Below are positions 18,722 to 27,308 of a stretch of 64,000 nt of DNA, in pieces; position 1 is the stretch's first letter; the number at the start of each line of letters is the position of its first letter. The notes under the pieces were generated by a model, which had not been told where the DNA came from, did not search any database, and saw only the letters and a list, made by a program, of their open reading frames with translations. A program made the position numbers and the translations under genes. This stretch comes from Candidatus Woesearchaeota archaeon (GTDB lineage Archaea; Nanobdellota; Nanobdellia; Woesearchaeales; SM23-78): assembly GCA_016932315.1 (NCBI GenBank), contig JAFGDD010000004.1, positions 125,466 to 189,465 of the forward strand, read 5' to 3'.

Positions 18722-18829
18722 AAGTCAATATAAATCAAAAAGTATAAATTAAAAAAATAAAAGGATTATAAATAAAAATAATTAAATGAAATTAAATGAA
18801 ATTAAATTAATTGTTTAGCAGGAGGTTGA

Positions 18830-19849
18830 GTGAAAATGAAAAAAACTAATAGATTCAATGGATTGATTGTGGTATTGATTGCAATAACAGCCCTTTTATT
18901 TTTGACTAGCTGCTCGGATGAAAATGGGTCTGCAAATAACTTAGTTCAGACGTATATCGGCGGGACTGTCGGATTGAATGCTTATCTTATTGAGGGTATG
19001 CCTCCGCCTATGATTCATGACTCGGGCAGCTTTCCATTTGGCGTAGGAGTTGCAATTGAGAACCAAGGAGAGGCTGATGTTGGCCCTGGCACTCCCAACC
19101 CATTTGTCATGGTGAGGCTGGAAGGAATTAATCCAGAACAATTTGGAGTGACTGATAATGATGTAAAGAAAGTATTGGCAAGCCCTGTGCGTGGGGCCAA
19201 GAGGAATTTTGATGGTACAATCTTCCCAGGAGAGATTACTTCTGTAACCTTTGAACCTCTAAATTATGCACCAGATATTCACGGCAACACTCAGTTTGTA
19301 ATACGAGCTGATGTTTGTTATGACTACACAACCCTGGCAACAGCGACCATTTGCCTAAAGGATGATGTGCTTGAGAATATTGAGGACACAAGCATTTGCA
19401 GCTTGACTGGAGAGAAGAATCCGCAGAACAGTGGCGGTCCAATTCACATTAGCAGCGTTGTCGAGAACCCCATGGCAGAGAATAAGATACAGGTTAACTT
19501 TGTGATTGAGCACGTTGGTATTGGAGAATTCTTTGGCAGGCCTGTTGGTAGTGACGACATGGCAGAAACATGTGATTTCAGCGTCAGGAATTTCAACAAA
19601 TACTATGTTGATGTTGAGGTTGAGCCTCTCCAGGATTCTGGTCTTACTATCAGCTGCTCAAGACTTGGCGGCACAAACCAGGGCAGGATTAAGCTTTATC
19701 AGGGAGCTCCTACAACTGTGAGCTGCACTGTTGAGAGAACCAGGCCAAGTGCCGGCAGAATATTCCAAGACTTGCTTAACATAAAGCTCAAGTACAGGTA
19801 TGGCCAATTCATTGAGACGCCAATACTCATACAGGACGTCACCAACTAA
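18830..19849 (+). CDS. Secreted lipoprotein paralog 3 (likely true start ATG at 18836)
   Basis: Signal peptide plus lipobox FLTSC. Motifs VAIENQGEADVGPGTPNPFVMVRLEGI and NFVIEHVGIGEFF. C-terminal RIFQDLLNIKLKYRYGQFIETPILIQDV is shared with paralog 4. RBS ggaggt. Confidence 0.6.
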   Translation: MKMKKTNRFNGLIVVLIAITALLFLTSCSDENGSANNLVQTYIGGTVGLNAYLIEGMPPPMIHDSGSFPFGVGVAIENQGEADVGPGTPNPFVMVRLEGINPEQFGVTDNDVKKVLASPVRGAKRNFDGTIFPGEITSVTFEPLNYAPDIHGNTQFVIRADVCYDYTTLATATICLKDDVLENIEDTSICSLTGEKNPQNSGGPIHISSVVENPMAENKIQVNFVIEHVGIGEFFGRPVGSDDMAETCDFSVRNFNKYYVDVEVEPLQDSGLTISCSRLGGTNQGRIKLYQGAPTTVSCTVERTRPSAGRIFQDLLNIKLKYRYGQFIETPILIQDVTN

Positions 19850-19951
19850 GAAGCCAGACGCAGGAGCAATAAATTTAACCTTTTTTTTATTTTTTATTTT
19901 TTTAATTTGTTATCTGATAATTAAGAGCGGGGTTTTGCGGAGGAGTTTGTT

Positions 19952-20983
19952 ATGTTCAAAAAATATTTTTTCTCAATAACTCCTGCCTTGTTCATAGTTT
20001 TTTTTATACTGACACTGGTTATCATGACGGGTTGCACTACAAAAAATCAAGTTTATCAAGAGGAAGAGATTAGTGGCTTTATGGGTGGCCTTGTTGGATT
20101 GAAAATTGCATTGATGGATGGAGCGCCCCCGAGTGTGATTCTTGATGAAGGTGCTTCTCCGTTTTCTTTTATCGTCACGCTTGAGAATGCAGGAGAGGCT
20201 CCTGTTGGCCCAAATACAGCTAATCCTTTAGTAGTTGTCAGGTTAGTTGGCATTTTGCACAGAAATTTTGGATTGAGCCAGGATGAGGCTGTTAAAACTG
20301 TGGCTGATGACTTAGATCCTACTAAAAGGAATTTTGACGGCACTCCTTTGCCTGGCGAAATCACTTATGTTTCTTTTGACAACCTAGCTTACACTGCCAG
20401 TGTTCCTGATAGCTTGGCTCTTACCATGCGCGCAGAAGTGTGTTATGATTATGAATCCTTGGCAACCACCAAATTATGTATGAAGAGGGATGTGCTTGAG
20501 ACTTGGGAGGATGCGAGCATCTGCACCTTGAAAGGGCCTAAGCCAGTAGGCAATGCCGGTTCTCCTTTGCACATAACAAGGGTTGAGGAGGCTCCTATTA
20601 ATAATAAGACTGTTCAGATTAATTTTGTTATCGAGCACCTTGGCAACGGAGTTTTCTTTTACAGGAATGAATATTCGAGCCTGTATGATGTTTGTGTTTT
20701 TGATGAAACCAATCCCCATATTTACAAGCTAGAGGTTTTTGTTGAGCCAATCCAGAAAGATGCTTATGATGTGAAATGCATGAGGCTGGATAATAAGCTG
20801 GATGGCGGCGGTGTTTCTGGCAAGGTTGCAATGTTTGAGGGCGCTCCTCTTACTATCAGTTGTTTCTTGACTAGGACCAAGGATGTGGGCAGCAGAATTT
20901 ATCAGGATTTGCTGAATATTAGGCTTAAGTACAGGTATGGTGAGTTTGTTGAGGTTCCGATACTGATACAGAGCCATCCTTGA
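19952..20983 (+). CDS. Secreted lipoprotein paralog 4 (close paralog of 18830-19849)
   Basis: Lipobox IMTGC. VTLENAGEAPVGPNTANPLVVVRLVGI and C-terminal RIYQDLLNIRLKYRYGEFVEVPILIQS are colinear with paralog 3. RBS ggagg. Confidence 0.6.
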   Translation: MFKKYFFSITPALFIVFFILTLVIMTGCTTKNQVYQEEEISGFMGGLVGLKIALMDGAPPSVILDEGASPFSFIVTLENAGEAPVGPNTANPLVVVRLVGILHRNFGLSQDEAVKTVADDLDPTKRNFDGTPLPGEITYVSFDNLAYTASVPDSLALTMRAEVCYDYESLATTKLCMKRDVLETWEDASICTLKGPKPVGNAGSPLHITRVEEAPINNKTVQINFVIEHLGNGVFFYRNEYSSLYDVCVFDETNPHIYKLEVFVEPIQKDAYDVKCMRLDNKLDGGGVSGKVAMFEGAPLTISCFLTRTKDVGSRIYQDLLNIRLKYRYGEFVEVPILIQSHP

Positions 20984-20994
20984 TTTTCATTACA

Positions 20995-21127
20995 AAAAAG
21001 TCGCCGCCTGGGCCTTAAGGTGAGCGAGACCGCGCCAGAGCCATAAGCTCAGCAGGCAGGGACAGATTTTCTTCAGAAAAATTTACAATACAAAAATCTG
21101 GTGAGCGATCGGCCAAGGCGACTTTTT
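20995..21127 (+). repeat. GC-rich structured element 'D' (~133 nt) starting 12 nt after the stop of the last lipoprotein gene; a homologous copy lies after glgP
   Basis: Closed by an 11-bp inverted repeat aaaaagtcgcc...ggcgacttttt. The interior has gcctgggcc...ggcc, a twice-repeated ggtgagcga, and cagcaggcagggacagattttc. It is colinear with the 30018-30152 element on the minus strand. Confidence 0.5.
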
Positions 21128-21226
21128 GAATGTTCTTACTCTGTCGTAGTTATTAATCGAAACCTTTATAAATGAATTTGGCTTTCTTTTTCTCTTCATT
21201 AAGATTAATTTTATGGAGGAGCAAAA

Positions 21227-21646
21227 ATGAAAAACAAAGCACTATTGCTCGGATTAGTGGTTCTAACAGTATTGATGAGCGCAGGAATAGCAGCTGCATG
21301 GTCTTATGGAGGCTATGGATATGGTTATGGCTATGAAGATTACCCTGTGAACCCATCAATAAGCGGCAGATACTACCCATACGCCCAGACACCTGCGCGA
21401 GTAGGCGGATACTATGGCCAGAACAGCGCCTTTTTAATAGGCTTAAAACCAGGCGTGTACACAGGACCAATATGGAATGGCTATACCAGACAGAATCTTG
21501 CAAGCGCCTATTATCCCAGAGTTGGAGGATTCTTTGGCTGGAGACCGTACGCTTCTTACTACAGCCTAAGGCCAGGCATGTTCACCTTCAACGGCGTTGG
21601 AACCAACTATGCCAGCACACCATACGTTTATGGCGGCATATTGTAA
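21227..21646 (+). CDS. Small secreted Tyr/Gly-rich low-complexity protein
   Basis: Signal peptide (LLLGLVVLTVLMSAGIAAA) followed by YGGYGYGYGYEDYP and repeated Y-P/Y-G/R-P-Y motifs. ggagg RBS. Confidence 0.55.
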   Translation: MKNKALLLGLVVLTVLMSAGIAAAWSYGGYGYGYGYEDYPVNPSISGRYYPYAQTPARVGGYYGQNSAFLIGLKPGVYTGPIWNGYTRQNLASAYYPRVGGFFGWRPYASYYSLRPGMFTFNGVGTNYASTPYVYGGIL

Positions 21647-21683
21647 ATTATTTTTTTATTAAAAAATTTAAGAGATAGATAAA

Positions 21684-22070
21684 ATGAACCCTAAAGCCAA
21701 GACTTTTGTATTGCTTTTATCAGCAATATTATTTCTCGGATTATTCACTCAATTCGCCTCTGCTTTCAGCAATTATAACTACCCTTATTACCCGCGTTAT
21801 AATTATGCTTATAACACACACAATAATTACTATAATCATTATACCCACTACTCAAATTATAATTACCCTTATGGTTGGGCTCTTGCACCCATGCCCAGCT
21901 ACAATTGCAACGCAATCTATGGCTGCAGAACAACCTATAACAGCTACATCCACCTCGGCAATGCTCTTGATTACACTTATTACACTCACCCCGAGCTCCT
22001 AGCGCCAAGATACATGAGCAACCATATGAGATATGCTAGAGGATTATGGCCTGAAAGGTTTTGGTATTAA
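21684..22070 (+). CDS. Small secreted Tyr/Asn-rich low-complexity protein
   Basis: Signal peptide (FVLLLSAILFLGLFTQFASA), then NYNYPYYPRYNYAYNTHNNYYNHYTHYSNYNYPY. The codon-level repetition is visible in the DNA. Confidence 0.55.
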   Translation: MNPKAKTFVLLLSAILFLGLFTQFASAFSNYNYPYYPRYNYAYNTHNNYYNHYTHYSNYNYPYGWALAPMPSYNCNAIYGCRTTYNSYIHLGNALDYTYYTHPELLAPRYMSNHMRYARGLWPERFWY

Positions 22071-22085
22071 ATAGAAAATTTCTTA

Positions 22086-23054
22086 TTATCTGCTATTAAT
22101 CAGAACAAACTTTGCTAAAAGAGATTCTAATTGTATGAACTCATCGCTTCCTTCTACCATTCGGAATTCTGCTTCTCCGCATTCCTTTATCATCTCTAGC
22201 TTTTTCCTGCTGTCAACGTCTTTTAATTTCCAGATTTCCTGCTGGACTTGTTTTATCACGTCAATTCCTGCAAGCCCATGGTTGAGCATGGTATCGAGTA
22301 ATTTGTTTTTTGCAGCACTAAAATCTCCTTTGACGCACAATGCAAGCACTTCATTGATTTCTTCTGGCTCTGCAGCGCTTGCCACGCTGTAGATAACATC
22401 CTCTGTAATCTTTTCCTTGATAGCAGCACTGCTCTGCATTATATTCTCTAGGCGCCTGCAATCACCCTGGCTTAATTCATATAATGCTTCCTTTGTTTTT
22501 GAATCAATAGTAAGATCTTCTGCCTTTGCTATCTTGTCAATGATCTTGTAAATATCTTCTTTTGGCAATGGCTTGAACCTGAAAACAGTGCACCTTGATT
22601 GTATAGGGTCAATTATTTTTGAAGAATAATTGCAGCTCAATATGAATCTGCACGTCTGCGTATAATTCTCCATGGTTCTCCTTAATGCCTGCTGTGCTTC
22701 CCTTGTCAATGCATCGCATTCATCAAGGTAAATAATCTTGAAAGGAACATCGCCAATAGCTCTTGTCCTTGCGAAATCCTTGACTTTAACCCTGACAACA
22801 TCGATTCCTCTCTCATCGCTGGCATTAAGCTCTAAGAAATTCTCTCTCCACTGACTGCCAAAGAGTTTTTTTGCGATAACTAGCGAAAGAGTTGTTTTTC
22901 CAACGCCTGCAGGACCAGCAAATAATAGGTGGGGCATGTTCTTCTTCTTTACAAATGCCTCCACTCGCTTGACAATCTCATCCTGGCCCTTGACCTCATC
23001 GAAATCATGAGGTCGATACTTCTCAGTCCAAATAGCTATGTCTTCTGGTTCCAT
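22086..23054 (-). CDS. rfcS: Replication factor C small subunit (clamp loader)
   Basis: Walker A GPAGVGKTT, DEXX box IYLDECDAL, SRC motif (SRCTVFRF), and the RFC box at the N-terminus (WTEKYRP). 322 aa. Confidence 0.9.
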   Translation of the reverse strand: MEPEDIAIWTEKYRPHDFDEVKGQDEIVKRVEAFVKKKNMPHLLFAGPAGVGKTTLSLVIAKKLFGSQWRENFLELNASDERGIDVVRVKVKDFARTRAIGDVPFKIIYLDECDALTREAQQALRRTMENYTQTCRFILSCNYSSKIIDPIQSRCTVFRFKPLPKEDIYKIIDKIAKAEDLTIDSKTKEALYELSQGDCRRLENIMQSSAAIKEKITEDVIYSVASAAEPEEINEVLALCVKGDFSAAKNKLLDTMLNHGLAGIDVIKQVQQEIWKLKDVDSRKKLEMIKECGEAEFRMVEGSDEFIQLESLLAKFVLINSR

Positions 23055-23245
23055 GCTTAAGAGAAAAGAATAAGGAGTGGTTTAAAAAAGTTGCGTTGGT
23101 GTTTACAATTGGTTGCATTCTTTTTATTCATACAGTTATGTCTTTTTTTAGCTTGGCTTGATAAATAGATTTGAAACCTCTGCTGAGATTTGTATTCTCT
23201 CGCTAATGGTAATATTTATAAATCTAAGAGCAATCCTTCTTTTTT

Positions 23246-23848
23246 ATGACTGTCGTATCGGATCTTCAAACCACTGCCATCGGCTACGCATTCATTTCTC
23301 TTAAAAATAAATCACATAAAATAAATCATGAGGCGCTGGATAAAGATCAATTTGAATATTTGGAGCAAAAAAGAAAAGAATGCCCTGCTCTTGATAAAGT
23401 GATTCGAAAAGAATTAAGCCCTGTTGAAAAAATTGATGATATAGTCAAGAAATATAAAGGGATAAGAAATTACTTGCCAGTGTTTCCGGATAAGAAGCAC
23501 GATTCTAAAGTCAGAGAAATAAGCGATCTTCTTTCATACGAGCTTTTAAATACGATGCCTCATCATAAGAATCCAATTAAAAATGCTTTTTCTTCTGTCG
23601 TAGACCTTATTGTCAATCCTTTAGGCACAGGACTGCTTGGGGCTGGATTGACATCGTATTTTTTACCGCATAAAGTTACAAATGTTTCTTCTTTGAGATA
23701 CCTCGTTGGTGTGGTAGTGATATCCCTGATAATGTCGCTCTTCGGCTTTTATTCTTCTAGCATAAGAAAAGAGGAAATAAAAAAAGCTAAAGAAGATGCG
23801 CAGTATCTTGAAAATACAATAAACCGATTATATTATGATAAGAGATGA
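23246..23848 (+). CDS. Hypothetical protein with two C-terminal TM helices
   Basis: ORF with coding-like composition and hydrophobic segments LGTGLLGAGLTSYFL and LVGVVVISLIMSLFGF. No known motif. Confidence 0.4.
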   Translation: MTVVSDLQTTAIGYAFISLKNKSHKINHEALDKDQFEYLEQKRKECPALDKVIRKELSPVEKIDDIVKKYKGIRNYLPVFPDKKHDSKVREISDLLSYELLNTMPHHKNPIKNAFSSVVDLIVNPLGTGLLGAGLTSYFLPHKVTNVSSLRYLVGVVVISLIMSLFGFYSSSIRKEEIKKAKEDAQYLENTINRLYYDKR

Positions 23849-23858
23849 TTTGTGCTTT

Positions 23859-26213
23859 TTATTCATATCCGTCGTGCTCTGTCCTTCTGATTATCTCGTT
23901 CTGCAGGGCTGGTGATAAGTCGCAGAAGTAGTCGCTGTAGCCTGCTACTCTTACGATTAGGTCGCGGTACTTGTCAGGGCTCTGTTGTGCTTCTCTGAGC
24001 GTGTCTGCGCTTACGACGTTGAACTGCACGTGATGGCCGTCCATCTTGAAATAAGAGCGTACAAGGTTCAGTAATCCATTCATTCCTGCTTCATCAGAGA
24101 GTAAGCTCGGTGTGAATTTCTGGTTGAGCAAGGTTCCTCCTGTTCGGACATGGTCCATCTTGCCTGCAGACTTGAATACTGCTGTCGGCCCTTGCCTGTC
24201 TGCTCCTTGCACCGGAGATATTCCTTCTGATAATGGCTCATAAGCTTTTCTGCCGTCAGGCAATGCTCCAGTTACTTTTCCGAAATAAACATGCACAGTG
24301 GTAGGCAATAAGTTAATTCTGTATTTGCCGTTTCTCTGGTTGGGCTTGTTGTCAATTGCAGAATAATATATCCAGAATACACTTTTCATTATATTGTCTG
24401 CATAATCATCATCATTGCCGTATTTTGGCGTCTTGTTCAAAAAAGTTTGTCTTAATTCTTCATTATCACTGAAATCCTTCTTTAGTGCTTTGATTAACTC
24501 ATCCATGCTTATTTTTCTCCTATCAAAAACATTGTACTTTATCGAGGCAAGGGAGTCTGTTATGCTTCCCATCCCAACGCCTTGTATGTAGCTAGTATTG
24601 TACCTCGCTCCTCCTTCATTGTAGTCCTTGCCGTTTTTTATGCAGTCATCAATCAGTATTGATAAAAACGGTGCAGGCATTTCTTTTGCATAAATATTCT
24701 CTATGACATCATTGCCTTTCATCTTTATATTAATGAAATGATTGACTTGCTTTTCATAGGCTTGCAATAATTCATCAAATGATTTGAATTCAGAAGCTTC
24801 TCCTGTCTTCAAGCCAATTTGTTTTTGCGTCCTTGGGTCAAATCCGTTATTAAGCGTTATCTCAAGTATTTTCGGCAGGTTGAAGTAGCCTGTTAAGATA
24901 TAAGCTTCTTTTCCAAATGCTCCTGTTTCTACGCAGCCGCTTGCCCCTCCGTTGCGCGCATCTTCGATGCTCTTTCCAGCTCTCAGCATCTCCTGGATAA
25001 TCGCATCAGTGTTGAATATGCTTGGCTGGCCAAAGCCTGTCTTGACAATCTTCAGCACTCTGCGCAAATAAGCATCAGGGTTCTTCTTGCTGACCTGAGC
25101 CATGGAACTCGGCTGGAGAAGCCTCATCTCCTCGATAACATCGAGTATCTTGAAAGTTAATGGGTTGACTGCGTCAGAGCCATCTTCTTTTAATCCGCCA
25201 ACATTTATCAGGCAGAAATCAGTGTATGTTCCGCTCTCCTCAGCAGTCACTCCGACCTTTGGAGGTGCTGGCTGGTTGTTGAACTTAATCCAGAAAGCCT
25301 GCAATAATTCTATTGCTTTCTCCTCTGTTAATGTTCCGTCTTCCAATCCTTTCTTGTAAAAAGGATAAAGATGCTGGTCTAATCTGCCAGGATTAAATGA
25401 ATCCCAGGTGTTAAGCTCAGTAATAACTCCTAAATGCACGAACCAGTAATACTGCAGTGCTTCATGAAAATTCCTTGGTGCATGAGCAGGCACCCATGAG
25501 CAGGTTTCAACTATCTTCTCAAGCTCTTTCTTCCTTTCAGGATCAGTCTCTTTTGATGCAAGCTTTAATGCTTCATCGCCGTAGCGCCAGGCATAAGCAA
25601 TTATTGCGTCAGCAGCAATGCTCATGGCTTTGAGTTCTTCTTTTTTCTCTTTTGCATAAGGATATTCTGGTGTTATGCTTTCATTAATCTCCTTCTTGAA
25701 ATCAAGCATTCCCTTCTTGTAAATCTTGTCATCAAGAACAGTATGGCCTGGTGCTCTTTGCTCCATGAACTCTGTGAATATTCCCGCCTCATAAGCATCC
25801 TTCCATTCAGGAGTCATCTCGCTGAAGATCTTGTCCCTGAGGGTTTTGCCGTACCAAAAAGGAAGAACAATATTTGCCTGCTTTTTTTCTGTCTCAGGGC
25901 TTACTGCAAAAGGAATCTTTTCCCTTGAGTTAAGTATGGTAAAGTCTCTCAAGCTATGAGCTGTGAGCTCTGGATAAGTAGGAGTTGCTTTAGGCGCAGA
26001 GCCTCTCTCACCTACTATAAGCTCGCCGTCATTGATGCAGACGGTCTTGTTCTTCAATATGTAATCAAAAGCCCTGGCTCTCTTTACAGGAACAGATAGT
26101 TTCTCATCCTTGCTTTGCTCATAGAATTCTGTCAATAAAAGTGCTCTTTCAAGATCAATATGAGGCTTTGCATTCAGGCTTTGCCCCCTTAACTTCTTTA
26201 TGCGCTCATTCAT
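23859..26213 (-). CDS. Glycyl-radical enzyme (PFL2/glycerol-dehydratase/CutC-like family)
   Basis: 784 aa. Catalytic-loop Cys in GASGCVETGAF (the GCVE type found in dehydratase/lyase GREs, not PFL's CC) and the C-terminal glycine-radical motif RVAGYSDYF. Confidence 0.85.
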   Translation of the reverse strand: MNERIKKLRGQSLNAKPHIDLERALLLTEFYEQSKDEKLSVPVKRARAFDYILKNKTVCINDGELIVGERGSAPKATPTYPELTAHSLRDFTILNSREKIPFAVSPETEKKQANIVLPFWYGKTLRDKIFSEMTPEWKDAYEAGIFTEFMEQRAPGHTVLDDKIYKKGMLDFKKEINESITPEYPYAKEKKEELKAMSIAADAIIAYAWRYGDEALKLASKETDPERKKELEKIVETCSWVPAHAPRNFHEALQYYWFVHLGVITELNTWDSFNPGRLDQHLYPFYKKGLEDGTLTEEKAIELLQAFWIKFNNQPAPPKVGVTAEESGTYTDFCLINVGGLKEDGSDAVNPLTFKILDVIEEMRLLQPSSMAQVSKKNPDAYLRRVLKIVKTGFGQPSIFNTDAIIQEMLRAGKSIEDARNGGASGCVETGAFGKEAYILTGYFNLPKILEITLNNGFDPRTQKQIGLKTGEASEFKSFDELLQAYEKQVNHFINIKMKGNDVIENIYAKEMPAPFLSILIDDCIKNGKDYNEGGARYNTSYIQGVGMGSITDSLASIKYNVFDRRKISMDELIKALKKDFSDNEELRQTFLNKTPKYGNDDDYADNIMKSVFWIYYSAIDNKPNQRNGKYRINLLPTTVHVYFGKVTGALPDGRKAYEPLSEGISPVQGADRQGPTAVFKSAGKMDHVRTGGTLLNQKFTPSLLSDEAGMNGLLNLVRSYFKMDGHHVQFNVVSADTLREAQQSPDKYRDLIVRVAGYSDYFCDLSPALQNEIIRRTEHDGYE

Positions 26214-26304
26214 TTTTATTTCCTCTTTAATTAAAAGCTATTTTGCTTTCAGATATAAATATTATGAAAAATAAGGTTAGAAGGAATAATAATTTGAAAA
26301 TAAT

Positions 26305-26568
26305 TTAGACAATATCCTCTTCAGCTACGACGACAAAGTCGCCTACTGCCATGACTGCGCTGAAAGGTATGAGAAGCTCTCCTTCCTTGGTTCTTTCAAG
26401 CTCTAATCTCTCTGTGTAGCTTGTAGGGTTCCTTAATACCATGTGGATAAGCTCTCCTGAGCTGGTCTCAAACACAATATCGCCTACTTCTCCAAACCTC
26501 TTTCCGGTCTTTGAAACCACTAATTTGCCAATGATTTGCTTTGAAAATTTCTTGTCTTCCTCAGCCAT
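26305..26568 (-). CDS. PRC-barrel domain protein
   Basis: 87 aa. The GKRFGEVGDIVFETSSGEL pattern is typical of a PRC barrel. A paralog lies at 62542-62808. Confidence 0.6.
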   Translation of the reverse strand: MAEEDKKFSKQIIGKLVVSKTGKRFGEVGDIVFETSSGELIHMVLRNPTSYTERLELERTKEGELLIPFSAVMAVGDFVVVAEEDIV

Positions 26569-26669
26569 AATAATCCCTCCTATACATTAATCATAAAATT
26601 CTTATCTCCTCTAAATCGCTTCGCATATTTAAAGTTTGCTCTTTTTGAGTAGTTGATTAAGATTTTTGT

Positions 26670-27233
26670 TTGGTCGGCATTAATCAATGGGTGTCACGAC
26701 AGGCTAACTTTTTTATCATAGTTATTATTTCACTCATAAGTAACAAAAAATTTATAAATGTGGCTGGCTTTGCTGAATTTATGAAACGACACGAAGAAAA
26801 AATAGAGAATCTCATTCCAGGAAAAACAGATTTCTCCCTAGAAAAACTCATATTCGAGATAAACGCCGCAGAGGTAAGAAAAAACCCTTTTCCGAAAGAT
26901 GTTACAGAATGGACCAGGCAATATCAGGTGACATTCACTTTGGATAATTATACAATCCACCTGATAGCTAGCAAAGATTTAGCTTTTCCAGATAAAAGCA
27001 ACCAGTATGGAAACAGACCGAACATTATTGAAAGAGCAAAGAGTTTGGTTTTTGGTTCCTACGGGGCGATTGGATTTCTTTATGAAAAGAAAAAATTTTC
27101 TCAAGCATACAGAAGCAAATATTCATCAATTCTCTATTTCGATGATAAAACATGCAGGAAAATATATTCTGATTTAGAGAACACTTATAAGAACCCAGAC
27201 AGAGAAATCAAGCATTGTTGGCTGTTTTTGTGA
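26670..27233 (+). CDS. Hypothetical protein (real start possibly an internal Met near 26802)
   Basis: ORF only. The N-terminal 40 aa look like non-coding read-through. No motif identified. Confidence 0.35.
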   Translation: MVGINQWVSRQANFFIIVIISLISNKKFINVAGFAEFMKRHEEKIENLIPGKTDFSLEKLIFEINAAEVRKNPFPKDVTEWTRQYQVTFTLDNYTIHLIASKDLAFPDKSNQYGNRPNIIERAKSLVFGSYGAIGFLYEKKKFSQAYRSKYSSILYFDDKTCRKIYSDLENTYKNPDREIKHCWLFL

Positions 27234-27308
27234 ATTAAAAAATTTTTCTCCTGCGTATTCTCCTTGTGAAAGGTAAAATTTATATAAGAGCCGAATAATA
27301 AATGGTTT

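Noticed and set aside
20995-21127. Elements A to E tested as possible additional intron-containing or split tRNA genes
   Set aside because: Their terminal stems are 10-14 bp, too long for an acceptor stem. No T-loop (UUCRANY) or D-loop G18G19 context was found on either strand. They were kept as unclassified structured repeats.
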